DNA from: Camelus ferus
Taxonomy: Eukaryota
Assembly: GCF_009834535.1 (NCBI RefSeq)
Contig: NC_045696.1
Coordinates: 26,910,001 to 26,974,000 of the forward strand
Direction: 5' to 3'
Length of the DNA: 64,000 nucleotides
In this document: positions 50,780 through 63,223 of the stretch, piece by piece
Numbering within the stretch: the stretch's first letter is position 1
Layout: every line of letters starts with the position of its first letter
Translations under genes and position numbers: made by a program
The notes under the pieces: generated by a model
What the model was told of the DNA's origin: nothing
What the model saw: only the letters and a program-made list of their open reading frames with translations
Databases searched by the model: none

Positions 50780-52460
50780 ATGTTTTTGGTTTGGAGCTCA
50801 ACTTGCCGAAGTAGGGTACAGTGAGGTAGGGTTAAAGATATAAGAAGGAAATAAGCAGTAAATATTCCCTGAAGAATGCAAATATGAGGTAGCCTGGATT
50901 AATTCTGAGGCAGGTGGTATTACCTCTGGGGACATTTGTGTGACCCATATGCACATGCCTGATCAAGTCACATTCATTAGAGTGGCCTAGATAAGATGGA
51001 CCTCCAGGACATTTGCATCAATCTCCCCACGTCCATGGAATTTACCACATTACTGAGAGTCTTGCCCCTCTGTTATCCGTTCATATTTTTCCCCTATTTA
51101 ATACCATTAAGTGGTTTTCTAATGGCCACAATCAGCATGAAAGCCACACTAATAACTGTCAACTGATCTTGATCCTTTGGTGCAAGTGAAACAGAAAAGA
51201 AGGCACTGGCAATGTCTGGGACAGTAAGTAATATCAACCGCCTTCAGTCTGTGCAACATACTATGTGTACAATCCCTATAGCTAGAATCACTGAGTCTAT
51301 AAAAGAAGTAACTACACTGAATTGACCATCATCCTCCAGCTCCCTTGCATTGGACATGCAGGGCTGTTGTGTTGATATATGGCATCTCTTGGTATCCTTG
51401 CTATATTGATGTCCATAATGAAAGCTGATTTTTTTTTTCCTTCTCCTGAGACGCTATGTAATTTCTGTTGGACCACTCAGGAGAAGACTTGAGAGACGGA
51501 TTGGGGAGAAATGTATAAGTCTAACTACCTCTTCCTTCAAGATTGGAGAATCATTATACATTCTACAGTGGAAGCCATGTTAGCACACTGAATTGGCCCA
51601 AAGGGCCCCACCCACAGGGCTCTTCAGCCTCCATTCCCCATCAGTTGAAAGAGGGTTGTCCCTGCACAGGGCCTGGCAGGATGGTGACTTTGGCACCTGT
51701 ATTCAACATAATAATAAAACTTTGAGTCCCACTCCTCTGAAAGTTCCCCAGCATATTTGGATGAGTGATTATGGTCTTTGTTTTCCTTGAGGACAGAAAG
51801 ACCTTGGTCTCATGACAATCATCTTTCTCCATAAAGCAGCTAAAGTTGGATTGGGGAGCAAGGGAGAGAGAAAATGACTCTGGGCCATAAGCCTGTACTA
51901 TGGTCTAAACATTTGTGCCTTCCCCAAATTTTGTATGTTGAAATCCTAATGCCCAATAGGAAGGTTTAAGAGTTATTATAAGGTATTGGGAGGTGCTCAC
52001 GTCATGAAGGTGGGCCCTCATGAATGGGATTAGGGCTCTCACCATGCGAGGCCACAATCAGAAGTCTGCACCAGGAAGAGGGCCCCTCTGACGCTAGCAG
52101 ACTCCCATCTCAGAATTCCAGTCTCCAGAACTGTGAAAAAATAAATTTCTGCTGTCTATAAGCCACCCAGTTTGTGGTATTTTGTTATAGCAGCCTGGAC
52201 AGACTAAGAAAGCAAGGAATGTGTACTCGTGGTTTTCAGCTGAGCTGGGACTGCAAATGGCTGAAGTTTTAAAACTTTAAGTACTATCTGTCCATCCAAA
52301 GCTGTACATCAGGAGGAAAAGCCACCGTTATTGCCACCATCTGTGTCAGTTCTGGGAACTCCTGGACTCAGCAGCTGCAGCCACACTACTTTCAGCTGGA
52401 GCTACGGTGTTTGCTCCTTCTGGCTGACTCAAGCTTGACTTACACTTTTTGTCAAGGAGT
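50780..52460 (-). mobile_element. Fossil ERVL/ERV3-class internal region (protease and RT fragments)
   Basis: Minus-strand translations: TQSFIIMLNTGAKVTILPG (protease DTG motif, D>N at 51701-51703); HNSPACPMQGSWRMMVN (51371-51321); DIASAFFSVSLAPKDQDQL (51216-51160, RT motif A); outer limits approximate. Confidence 0.8.
51896..52211 (+). mobile_element. MLT1A-like MaLR solo LTR inside the ERVL fossil
   Basis: tatgttgaaatcctaa...ccctcatgaatgggattag...cagtctccagaactgtga...ataagccacccagtttgtggtattttgttatagcagc...gactaaga. Confidence 0.9.
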
Positions 52461-53127
52461 TCACCTTAATGAAGGGCATTTGCTGTCTCACTGTCATAAT
52501 AATATCTCTTAACTATCACCTGGTTTTGACATATAGACTAGAGGAGTTTTCCAGAGTAGCAGCCCTGCCCACAATAACTTATCTAGATGTGTTTAGATTG
52601 TTCCTCATGCTCCAGTGGTGGCCTTCATCAGCATTATTTACCCAACTCTCCCCCGGAGCCTCAGAATATTAGATAGGTTATTTATGGATGAAGCACGCCT
52701 TGTCTCAGAAAAATCTCCCTAAGAAGACCAAAGCTCCCTTAGATCACACAGGATCTCCTACCAAAAACCCTGAGACATGGTTTTAGTTAGAGAGTTCAAG
52801 GAAGGCCTCATCAAGGAGATATTTTAGAAGGATGTGATTGAAGTACAAAAATGAACCTTGTAAGTATTTGGGAGACATGTGTTCCAGGAAGGGACAGAGC
52901 AAGTTCAAGGACCCTGAGGGCAAGAGTTTGAGGGGTGTATCAGAGGAACAACAAAGAAAGTGGGACTGGAATGGTGTGAAGGAAGAGCTGTGTAAAAGGA
53001 AATTGTTAATTCCAATACAATGTCTAAAGGATGAACTATTAAAACATCATAATCATATAATTCATGATTACATTTCACTATTTATTCATCAAAGTCTTTT
53101 TTTAAATAAATGTTTAAAATTCTACTA

Positions 53128-53388
53128 TTTTTTACTGAAGTATATTTAATTTGCAATGCTGTGTTAGTTTTAGGTATACAGCAATGTGATTCAGTTAGAT
53201 GTACATATATATTATTTTTCAGATTATTTTCCATTATAGGTTATTGTAAGATATTGAATATAGTTCCTTGTGCAAACAGTGGGTCCTTTTTGTTTATCTA
53301 TAGTAATGTGCATATATTAATCTCAAACTCCTAATTTATCACCCCCTCTCACTTTCCCCTTTGGTAACCATAAAAGTTTTTTATGTCC
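53128..53388 (-). mobile_element. Artiodactyl LINE-1 3' end
   Basis: ttactgaagtatatttaatttgcaatgctgtgttagttttaggtatacagcaatgtgattcagtt...aagatattgaatatagttcc. Confidence 0.85.
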
Positions 53389-54319
53389 ATCAAAAAGTCT
53401 TAATACTGTGTATTTCCCATATTTATTCACTCATATCCTCTCACATTTACATGTTTTGCCTTCTCTTCCTCCTCCTTTTCTTCCCTTTTTAAAATCTTAA
53501 CTCTAAATTACAATAATAGGGGATTACTCTTTCTTAAGTTTACTATTTACGGTGTATTTGGTCTCATATTTGCTCACAGAGTGCTAAATACACTTTGTTC
53601 TAATATTAAAACCAGAAGGAATATGCCCACTTCCTTTGAGAATGTTGAAGAAGCCGTTAGGAGATGCAAGGGTTAACGTGTGTGTGAAATCGAGAATGAT
53701 TATATTGGCCGCTGAGTAAACAAAGAAAAGGAGATGGCTCTGCTCTCTTATTGTAATTGCAAATTTATTTTTTATAGTTTCTACAGTTTCTATTTTCCTT
53801 TAAACTGCCTTAATCTGTCTTCCTGCTGTGACCTATTTCCAGTAATGCATATTCAGTATAAAAATAGTAGATCAAATCATATCAGAATTCAAGCTACTCC
53901 TTGTCGAGCAGAAACATGTACTTTTACATAACACTGAAATCAATTCCCCTCATACTAATTATTTAATTTCCATAATATACTGAGAGTATTCTGCCATTAA
54001 GTGTTCACATTTAAAACTTGTTTTGTAAAATTTTAATAGTTCTTCTTTTAAACAACACAGTGAGGAAATACAGTTACTATTTTATAGATCCTGCAACTGA
54101 GCTGTTGGAAAGTTAAAATATTGATCTAAGGCCATACAATGAGGTTATGTTTATGCTTATAATCAGAGTGTCGTTTGATTTAACTTATCTTTGAGTTCAA
54201 ATGAGTTGATGGAATGAAAAATTAATCAGTCAAACTGACAAGACCTGATTGATCAACTGTTAGGATTGATCATTCCAGGTTGCTGTTTTCTCAGATTGTG
54301 GCCCATAAACTGTCTGTGT

Positions 54320-54472
54320 TGGAAACTCTACAATGCTGATTAAAACGTAGATTCTGCTTCTTACCGCAAATTTACTTAAAAAAGGATTTCCAGGGCTAGG
54401 GCCCAGGGACTCTGCATTTTAAACAAGTATCCCATATGATTCCTGTAGATGCTAAAGTTTGAAAAGTACAGT
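54320..54472. mobile_element. MER5A-like hAT-Charlie MITE
   Basis: gggcccagggactctgcattttaaacaagtatccc..tgattcctg..gatgctaaagtttgaaaagtac. Confidence 0.7.
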
Positions 54473-55897
54473 TGTCAGCAAAGTGCAATTAAGGTGTTTC
54501 CTGAGCTTCACTTTTTAGGGAAGTAATATTATAATAAGTCCTGGCATCTAATATCCTGTCAGGTAGAAATTACTGATGCTAAGTAAGCTGTGGAGGAGTG
54601 AAGCAGAGCTTGCTAAAGGTTTAATTATGCTGGATGTTCTTTCAGACATTAAATGCAGCTCTTCAGTCTACCTGCAGAAATCTGAAAATGCTCAGATGTT
54701 TATTTTGATTTTATGTGTGTAAGAAATTGCCACCAAGCAGCCAAATTGTGGTGTACCTATATGTATATGGACAAGTAAGGAAAAATAAAAATAGGTAAAC
54801 TATTCAACTTTTTGTGATTCAACTATTTAGTAAGACCAGAAAATATAAAAATCAGGAGTTTTTTTTATCACTAGCAGGACATTGGTTTAACAAATTAAGA
54901 ATACTCACATACAATGGAACATCCAATCCAACTGCCCCAGTAACTGAAGAATTCTTTTGACACCTTATTGGTAGTAAGAGCAAATAACAACAGCAGCAAC
55001 AGTAACACTGATGTGCACCCTGGTCTTATATGAAAAGTGCACAGCATACCTCACAATGCAGCCCATTCCTCTGTTTTACAGTTCAAATGATTAGGAAGTG
55101 CTTTGTTATATATTAACCTAAATCTGATTGCTTATGATTTTCATGGTACTCTGCTGGCAAACAGAAAATGCTAATTTCCTCATCACCTCTCAGCTGGAGT
55201 ATTTCCACTCACAGGCTCACTCCCACCCAATTTTCCAGACGGTGCTGACCAAGACTAGAACTATATTAACAGCTACAGTCCCCAACAAAGGGTCTAAGGT
55301 TACACTTGAAGCTGTAGCTGTGAAGTCCAGTAAGTCTGTGATGAGTCCTAGATACCCTCGGCCACTCACTCAAACCCATTATGTCCCGTCCTTTTTATCT
55401 CCACTGAAGCTTCTTGTGTCTTCGTGAGGATGTCTATTGCCTTCACACCTCTAATTCTCTCTCTCTCTCTGTTACTCTTCCTTTGTAAGTTTACTTCCCT
55501 TCTTAGCTAAACTGGACATAAACAGTGTAACAATCCTTTCCCTGACCGGGATATTCATGATTCCCTACCTTGAATCAATGCAATGATCTTTTTACCTCAG
55601 GTAAGCAATCAATGCCAATTTAGAATTCTACTGCCTAGTGCAAAAATCACTCCAATTTCCGTTCACCATAAAAATCCCTTTGTTTACTTATTTATACACT
55701 CATTCAATAAATCTTTACTGACTACCTGCTCAGTATCTACTGTGCCTGAAGCAGCCCTCCATATATTTGTGGATTTCCCTGTCCATCACCTTCTTTTTCA
55801 GCCAATAAGCTAAACTTCTTTGCAAAGAACATCAGTGATAGCATGAATTCTGCTAATTCTATCCATCACCCCCAACCTATAATCATAAACTTAAATA

Positions 55898-56283
55898 CAG
55901 TTATTTCTGTTTTTAAAATGGGAATTTGTTCCAACACAATTACTACATTAGGAAACAATTTAAGCATAACAAATTTCATGTTTGCTAAAGCATGATTTCA
56001 CCTACGAGAAACACCAGGTAAGCACAGAAAACTGCACGAGAGCTGAACTGAGCTACACCGAAATAAGCAAAACATACCCACAAACACATCTCAAACATCT
56101 ACCAGCTCAGCTGCCCATGTGTGTTATCAGCCACACCCATCCACATCTGACATTGCTACTTTCTGACCAAAGTTAGCTAAACCTCCTTCCACCACTTCAC
56201 AGTAACTCACAAGTTGCAACTTTTCCAACATCTACAAGTAAATTCCATTTTTTTCAAGGTAAAACTATCATATTTATTGTAAT
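55898..56283 (+). mobile_element. Tigger13a-like DNA transposon fragment
   Basis: TA|CAG start; gagaaacaccaggt..cagaaaactgcac; acatctaccagct; gccacacccatccacatctg; ttttcaaggtaaa..catatttattgta. Confidence 0.65.
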
Positions 56284-56286
56284 GTC

Positions 56287-56710
56287 TGATGGAATGGTCA
56301 ATTTTATGTGTCAGCTTGATTAGGCCACAATATTTGGTCAAACATAAGTCTGGATTTTGTTATGAAGGTATATTTTAGATGAGATCAACATTTAAATCAG
56401 ACTTAGTAAAGCAGATTACGCTTCATAACGTGGGTGGGCTCCAAACAATCAGTTGAAGGCATTAAAACAGATTGAGGTTCCTGAGGAAGAGAGAATTTGG
56501 CCTCCAGACTGTCTTTGAACTTGAGCTGCGACATCAACCCTTCCCTGGTTCTCCAGCCTGCCAACCTGCCTTGATGGCCTCCATAATTGTGTAAGTCAAT
56601 TCCTTAAAATCCCTCTCTTTCTCTCACTCTCTACCTAGAGAGAAGAGAGACAGAAAGACAGATAGATAAATGCTATTGGCTCTGTTTCTCTGGAGAATCC
56701 TGACTAATAG
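56287..56710 (+). mobile_element. MLT2 (ERVL) solo LTR
   Basis: atggtcaattttatgtgtcagcttga...gtaaagcagattac...aatcagttgaaggc...ctattggctctgtttctctggagaatcctgactaata. Confidence 0.88.
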
Positions 56711-57239
56711 AGCTAGTGACTTTTAGGAACATGTATGTCAGGTTATAGTGACCTGACCGCACCTCTGAACTCATTCTTACTGTTTTCCAGCCATTACCAA
56801 GAACAGGGTGCTTCTTTTGTAACAGACATACTTGCTCATCTCTGTTCTATATTCCATGTCTTCCTGTTTGCACGGGAATCTTGCTATTTCACTTTTTCTT
56901 CTTTCCTATCCCACTTCTCTTTCTCTTTGCTGGTTCCTTTCCTTCATCATGTAAACTCAGATCACAAAGACCCGAAGTTGGAGAGGAATGGAGAACTATT
57001 AGGAAAGTTTTATTTTATCTCACAGAAGATAATAATGTCTCAAACTAAGAGTTTAACAATGAAGACTGGGAAAAATCTTAAAAACATGTTAAAGGTAGAA
57101 TCGACAGAACTTGGCAATCAGTAAATGGACTATTTGGGGTGAGAACAAAAATGATCCTCACTTTTCTTTCCCCTGATCATCTAGGTAAATAGTAGTGATG
57201 GTTTTACAAAAGAGGGAAGCAGGTTCATTTCAGTCATAA

Positions 57240-57640
57240 TTTTAACATTTTTGCATGGTCTTCAAAGGTCTTTCATGAATTTGTTCCCAGCTAACTTCAT
57301 TCTTATCACTTCTCTTAACCACTTCTGCAGATTTCCCCTAATGAGTTAAGCTTCTTCAAGACTCCTCTTCCAGGGGAGTATTTCTGCTCCAAGGGTTAGT
57401 CTGATTTGTTTATAGAATAATGCCCAGGTTGCAAATCAGGTCTTATGTCTCAGTAGAACAACTCTTGCCTCTCAGATATAATTTTTATTATAACAAGTAT
57501 GTTGTAATTGTTAATCAGTTTCCCTTTGAAACAATAATCTCCTTGAGAAGGAAAATCATACCACATTGATTTTTGTATCCCTAGCAGCTGACTCAGTGCT
57601 TGGCACCTATTAGTTACCCAATGGATATTTAGTAAACTAA
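57240..57640 (+). mobile_element. L2 LINE 3' end
   Basis: tttgtatccctagcagctgactcagtgcttggcacctattagttacccaatggatattt. Confidence 0.6.
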
Positions 57641-58344
57641 ATACCTTTTTGACCCAGGTGATATGACTGTGTTCTGCCTTCACATTCCCATTTGGTCTGA
57701 ATTCCAGTATTAAACTCCAGGCTGGCTGGGGGGATGTGTTAACTTCATTTAAAAAAAAAAAATTCTTTATCTTTAGTTCCTTAATGATCTTTCAAATGTA
57801 ACACTTAAATAAATGACAAACCTACAGATCAGAGGGTCAAATTTCTTCCAAATAATATGATGGAAAGTTCTGCTTTCTCATACACTCAACACTCCCACTT
57901 TAGCAACAACTCTTTCAGTGTTGATAAGGATACCATACAGGCACTATGTGCAGCACAGCAGATCCTGATAATGCCAATGAACTCTTCATGGATTCTTAAC
58001 ACAGTCCATTGGGTTTATGTGGAATCAGTACATTAGAAAACTACTGTAACATTTCATTGTAGTAATTCCCTCTCGGCTGATCCAAGAGCATATACAGCAA
58101 GATGAGATTTCCATGTGACACAATCAAGAGCCAAAATGAACTGAAAAAACCAGATGCCATATAACTTACCCAAAATCTTAAAACTCCTTAAGTTGATTAC
58201 TACCTTCTTCAGCCTTTCTATTTTCTGCAATGTAAACAATAAATACTGCTTAACTACCAAATCCATCAAAACATATCTTTCATTTCTAGTTGAGTAAATT
58301 TTCTTTTTAAAGAACAGGTGCATATAATACTGAACAACAGTAAC

Positions 58345-58560
58345 AAAAACTTGAATTCTGCTTTTACTGTTTACTAGCTGTGTGACTTTGAACAAGTTAC
58401 TTAAATGCTCTGTGTCTCTTTCTTTATCAATAAAATGGGGAAAGAATACTTATTTTTAGGGTGGAGAGAAAACAAAATGCAAATGTGTATCTTGAGTATC
58501 TAATACAGAGACTAATATTTATTATATACACAATAAAATAGCAGTGCCTTTATAATTGCT
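58345..58560 (+). mobile_element. MIR SINE
   Basis: tttactagctgtgtgactttgaacaagttacttaa...aaaatgggg. Confidence 0.75.
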
Positions 58561-58613
58561 CAAAATAAAAGTACATACCATATTTGAACTCTAAAATTCA
58601 TTTTAAATCATAA

Positions 58614-58722
58614 GGGGAGGGTATAGCTCAGTGGTAGAGTGCGTGCGTGGCATGCACAAGGTCCTGGGTTTAAGCCCCAGTACTGCCATTAAATAAATAA
58701 ATAAATCTAATCACTCCCTCAA
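58614..58722 (+). mobile_element. Vic-1-type SINE
   Basis: ggggagggtatagctcagtggtagagtgcgtgcgtggcatgcacaaggtcctggg...attaaataaataaataaatctaatcac; short TSD aaatca. Confidence 0.88.
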
Positions 58723-59311
58723 AATCAATGTATGTAACCTGATTTATATTTCAAATGAAAACATTATTTTGTCTCATAAAATTAACACATGAATATTAAA
58801 AATTTTCACAGAATTCAGAAGTGAATGAGTTGCAAGAGAAATTCCCTTCGTATTATTCTCAAGATGATACCACAATTAACTATTTGCTATAAATGCTGTC
58901 AGATATTTTTATGAGTATATTTTCTGCTGAAAAGGAAGCCTATTATAGATATGTATTATTCTGTAACTGTTTTTCATTTAATTTGTGATAAAACTTTCCC
59001 TAGTTACTTAGCCATCTTTAATAACAATTGGGTATTTGTTTTTACAACATAATTCATGAAGAATTTTTGTCCTTTTTTGTAACCAGCACAAGAATTCTAG
59101 GAGAGAGAAGGGTTCCTCTGCTAAGAAAATGCCATGATAACCCCACGGTAAGATGGACGGTGGTATCCTGGGTGTTAGGCTGGCAACCCGAAGTCCAAAG
59201 GAAAGGGACATCTCCCCTCCCTGAGGAGGGAGGAGAATATGGATGTACCTGAGGGGTGAAGAGTGAAAAAGGCCAGAAGCACAGAGGAAGGAGCTAGCAG
59301 AGCTCAGGTAG

Positions 59312-59313
<2 letters not shown>

Positions 59314-59346
<33 letters not shown>

Positions 59347-59359
59347 CGTGTGTGTGTGT
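59314..59359. repeat. (GT)n microsatellite
   Basis: Directly visible, with two GC interruptions. Confidence 0.95.
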
Positions 59360-60032
59360 TTTGGGAAGGGTGTAGTACACAGAGAAGATCTGCCCTCCAG
59401 TGTGGAAGTGGGACAGAGAAGAAAGAGACACGTCTAATGGAATTTTTCAATGAGCCATAGGCTATGTGAGGTAAAAGTAAAAACAGCATGATGAGCTTTA
59501 TATGATTAATTTGTTATGGAAACTGGAAAAGGGATCTGTGAGGGGTGGAAAAAAAATGATGGCCACATATATGTGTGTGGAGTGGAGAAGGGAGCTGATA
59601 TCTGGATCACCAGTTAACACAGTATGACTTATTTAAATAGTGTCAAATAGATGACAGAGCAGTTTTTAAAAAGACATTAAGGGGGATACTTAAACATATA
59701 TTTTTGCAATTTTCCCATTGATTCATTAGATTTATATTTTAATTTGAATATTTTAGCTAACTGATAAGTTATATGTCAAGTTATATTCCTTTCCTACTAT
59801 TCAAGAATTTCTAAAAATGTTCAACCTCTTCCTTCCTATAAGAATTCCATTCTAAATAAAAAGTCCATTTTTTGTTTCCCAAATACATCATGAAATATTT
59901 ATCTTTGAATTTCTTACTCATAGTTAACCATACACTTATAAATCTAAATTTTATAAATTTCTATGAAATCTATGGATTTAAATTGTACTCTTTCTTAAAA
60001 CTTAAGTTTAAGATTTACTATTTCCATGAGTT

Positions 60033-60590
60033 TGTTACCCAAAAAGGAAATGGGAAAAAAAATGATTCCTGTCTTACCCAAAAGATAAGATTTACACATG
60101 GGAGATGGAAAGCACTGTGTAGCAAAAAGATTTTAAAAGATTTATTTAGGGAAAAATAAAGTATACCTCCAAGAGTGGGAAATGGGCTGATTCAAGGAGG
60201 AATCATGGTGGGTTTTGTCTCCCCTTTCTCTTATACCTTCACTTAGAGGTGGTCTCTTGATTGATTGACAGCTCTTGTCCCTGGCGTACTTAGTCATGTT
60301 GGCCCCTTTGCACATGTCCTTACTCATGGTGTACAAAGAAAACTCCATGGTGGGGGTGGCTAAACTTCAATGTTAATTATATAGTACAATGAACACTGGG
60401 TCGTGTCAGGTTAAGTACTTTTTGCTACCATGCAGTCATGGCTGTTGGGTTTTAACCAGTTTCTTGCTGGCACTCATTTAGAAGAATTAATGTCCCTTCA
60501 TGCTGGAGGCAGGCATAACACCATCTTCTGGATATCCTTCCTCTCCTTCACCTATCTGCCCAGTGCCCCCACTTATCTAACTAACTAACA
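60033..60590 (-). mobile_element. ERV1-type solo LTR
   Basis: TGTTACCC...CTAACA termini (antisense start TGTTAGTTAGTTAGATAAG); near-TSD agtt/agtc; minus-strand AATAAA near 60141-60146. Confidence 0.78.
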
Positions 60591-60969
60591 AGTCCATAAT
60601 GACTTCCTTCTCAAATTTTTTATCACTTATCACTTGCTACCCCTTGATTTGGGATGCTTGTCATATTCTATACATTTCCATCTGTAACAGGACCGTGAAG
60701 TTAGAAATGTCATCTTGTCTACCGGATTTATTGTGGTAATCCTTCAGTGAAATGCTACCATACACATTTATTTTAAAATTCTCATATTTTGAATTTTATA
60801 TTTAATACTTTCATATTTAAAGAATTTCAAAAAGAAACCATATCATCAGATTGCTGAAGCATTATGATTGCCCTCAGAGGAAAATTTCTGAGTTGAGTAA
60901 TAGTTTGTATTTTGTTCTACAAAATTCCTGTTATGAATTAAGGTTCTGAAAATAATAATTAAGAGACAT

Positions 60970-61212
60970 TTAATAATAACTGTATATTTAGTGCTTACTA
61001 TGTGCCAGAGACTATTCTTAAATCTTTATATAATTATTATATTTAATCTTTATAACAATCAGTGAGATAAATATTAATTACCCTTTACTGAAATTTACTG
61101 TTGGCTACACTAAAATATTGTAAATAATATACCTAAAAACATACAGATAGTAAGTAGTAAAGTTGTGAACTAAATTCAAGAATGCTTGACTCTAGTTTTA
61201 AACCACCACTGC
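60970..61212 (-). mobile_element. MIR SINE
   Basis: tttagtgcttactatgtgccagagactattct...atttaatctttataacaa...ttttaaaccaccactg. Confidence 0.72.
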
Positions 61213-63223
61213 AGATTTCAACTAAAACTTAAATTGAACTACACTTCTTAAAGATCTTGTGTTGACTCTTTCTTCAAATAATGTTTTAGATTAATTTGTC
61301 CTAATAAAATAAGAGGCTGAAGTTAGCTTTGCTCTGTGAGTTAATTTAATAAAGCAATAGCCTCTTGAAAATCCTCTAGGATTTTAAATAAACTCTAGGT
61401 CAAAGGCAGACAAATTAGCATAACATTCATATTAATGTCTCTCAATGTGTGTTACTCAAGAAGCCAGTGCTTGGGAATCTATGCAATGCTAGATATATTA
61501 TTTTCAAAGGGGCTTTGGTTACTCATTATGGTGATGGATGACTGATGAAAATATCAACATATGTTCAAGGTTTTCCTTCAATGTTTCTCCCGTAAGTATA
61601 ACATAGTGATACAGAATGAAGATTATTTAATGACACAAGCGATGGGATTATTTGCAGTGGGTGAAAGTAAATTTGATTTTCAAATCATAAAGGATGACAT
61701 TCCTCATGATATTACCTACTGATTTTATTTTACCTTGCCATTGTTAGAATTAAGAAATTCCTGAACAGACAACAACCAGTTCAATAGTTTTCAATAAATT
61801 GACTGTACTTCATTATAAAATGAATGTATACACCCAAGGGAGACAATTTTCTCAAGGAGAGACAATTTTTTTAATCCATATGACCAATGGATTAGATGCA
61901 CCAGACTTGCAGTACACAGCCTAGCAGATGTACAAAATTTGTCATTTCCACAGCTATCATACGTATACTTAAATATCTAATACACAGATACCTCAAATAT
62001 GAGAAAATGAGTACAGAAGAATTCAGTCAATTTAAATATATGATTAAAAAATTTTGTAGATATAATTTTATGTACTGTGCTGTGGTCCGACTGTACTGAC
62101 TACCATGCAAATCATTCAGCCCTCTGCTCATTAGACTCAGAATCTGTCTCTCTCAACCTAATTGTCAGCAAATTCCTAATTGAAAATCCTGTGTCCCAGC
62201 CCCTGTTCTTGCACAGCAAGTTTTCTGGGATATTGGATTGTGTGAAAAGGCAAACCATCTCTAAATGAGATACTTGGACCACAACTTTGGTTAGATTGGA
62301 GGCTGGTCAGAGACCCCCTCGAAATGCCAAGTTCATCTTGGAGTAATCAGTTAGAATGTGAGGACTGGTAGGAAGAGTTATCTAGTGGTTGGGCTGCAGT
62401 TGCTGACTTTGCCACTTTCTAACTGTGTGATCTCTGAGAAGGTAACATTTCCTCCCTTGGCCACCATCACAAGTAAAGTGTATGGTCCAGTATCCGATAT
62501 GGATTAAAATGACAGCTTTTGTTCCTCAAAGAGTCTCTGTGCTAACAAGACTGACCTAGGACCAAATTAAGATTAACCTTAAATCCTTACCATAGTCACA
62601 TGTCTAATAATTTGAGGATGGACTGATACAGAAATTTCTCATTTTTCTTATCAAAAGAAAAATTAAAAAATTATCCCCTAAAGAATTATAAATCTGTGAT
62701 ATTAATTTTTTGAACAAAAGAATTTACAAGAGAAATACTTACTTTTTAAGCACAAGGAAAACTATGATATAAATCCATGAAATGTACAAGTTTGTTGAAA
62801 AATCCTTACTGAGAGCATTTCTCTCTGACATTTTGAATTCATGTTAAATGTACTTTCTATCTATAAACAGGAAGCAGTTGTTTAGCCAGGTTTTTCACAA
62901 AATGCTGCAGAAAAAGAAACTGTTTGTTCCTTGTGAAAGGAAATGTTAAATATAGTCACTAAGATGAGTCCTGGATCAATACATCTATATAGTTCAGGCT
63001 TCCTGATTTCCAGAAAGATGTGAAGCCTGAAGGAAACTAATAAATAATTGAAGTTATAAAAAGAAGCCATTGTTACTTAGGGGCATTTTCCTCAGAAAAA
63101 TATTTTCCCCTCTCCCACAAATCATGCCTACTATACAGTTCTGAATAGGAGCTTTTGCCAGAATATCCTGATGATCAATTTCTCTCTAAAGACCTTTCCC
63201 CACCCTTCATTCCTATTAGAAAC

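Noticed and set aside
457..58722. All five Vic-1 SINEs on the + strand
   Set aside because: Two-sided chance probability is 1/16, and L1s and LTRs show mixed orientation
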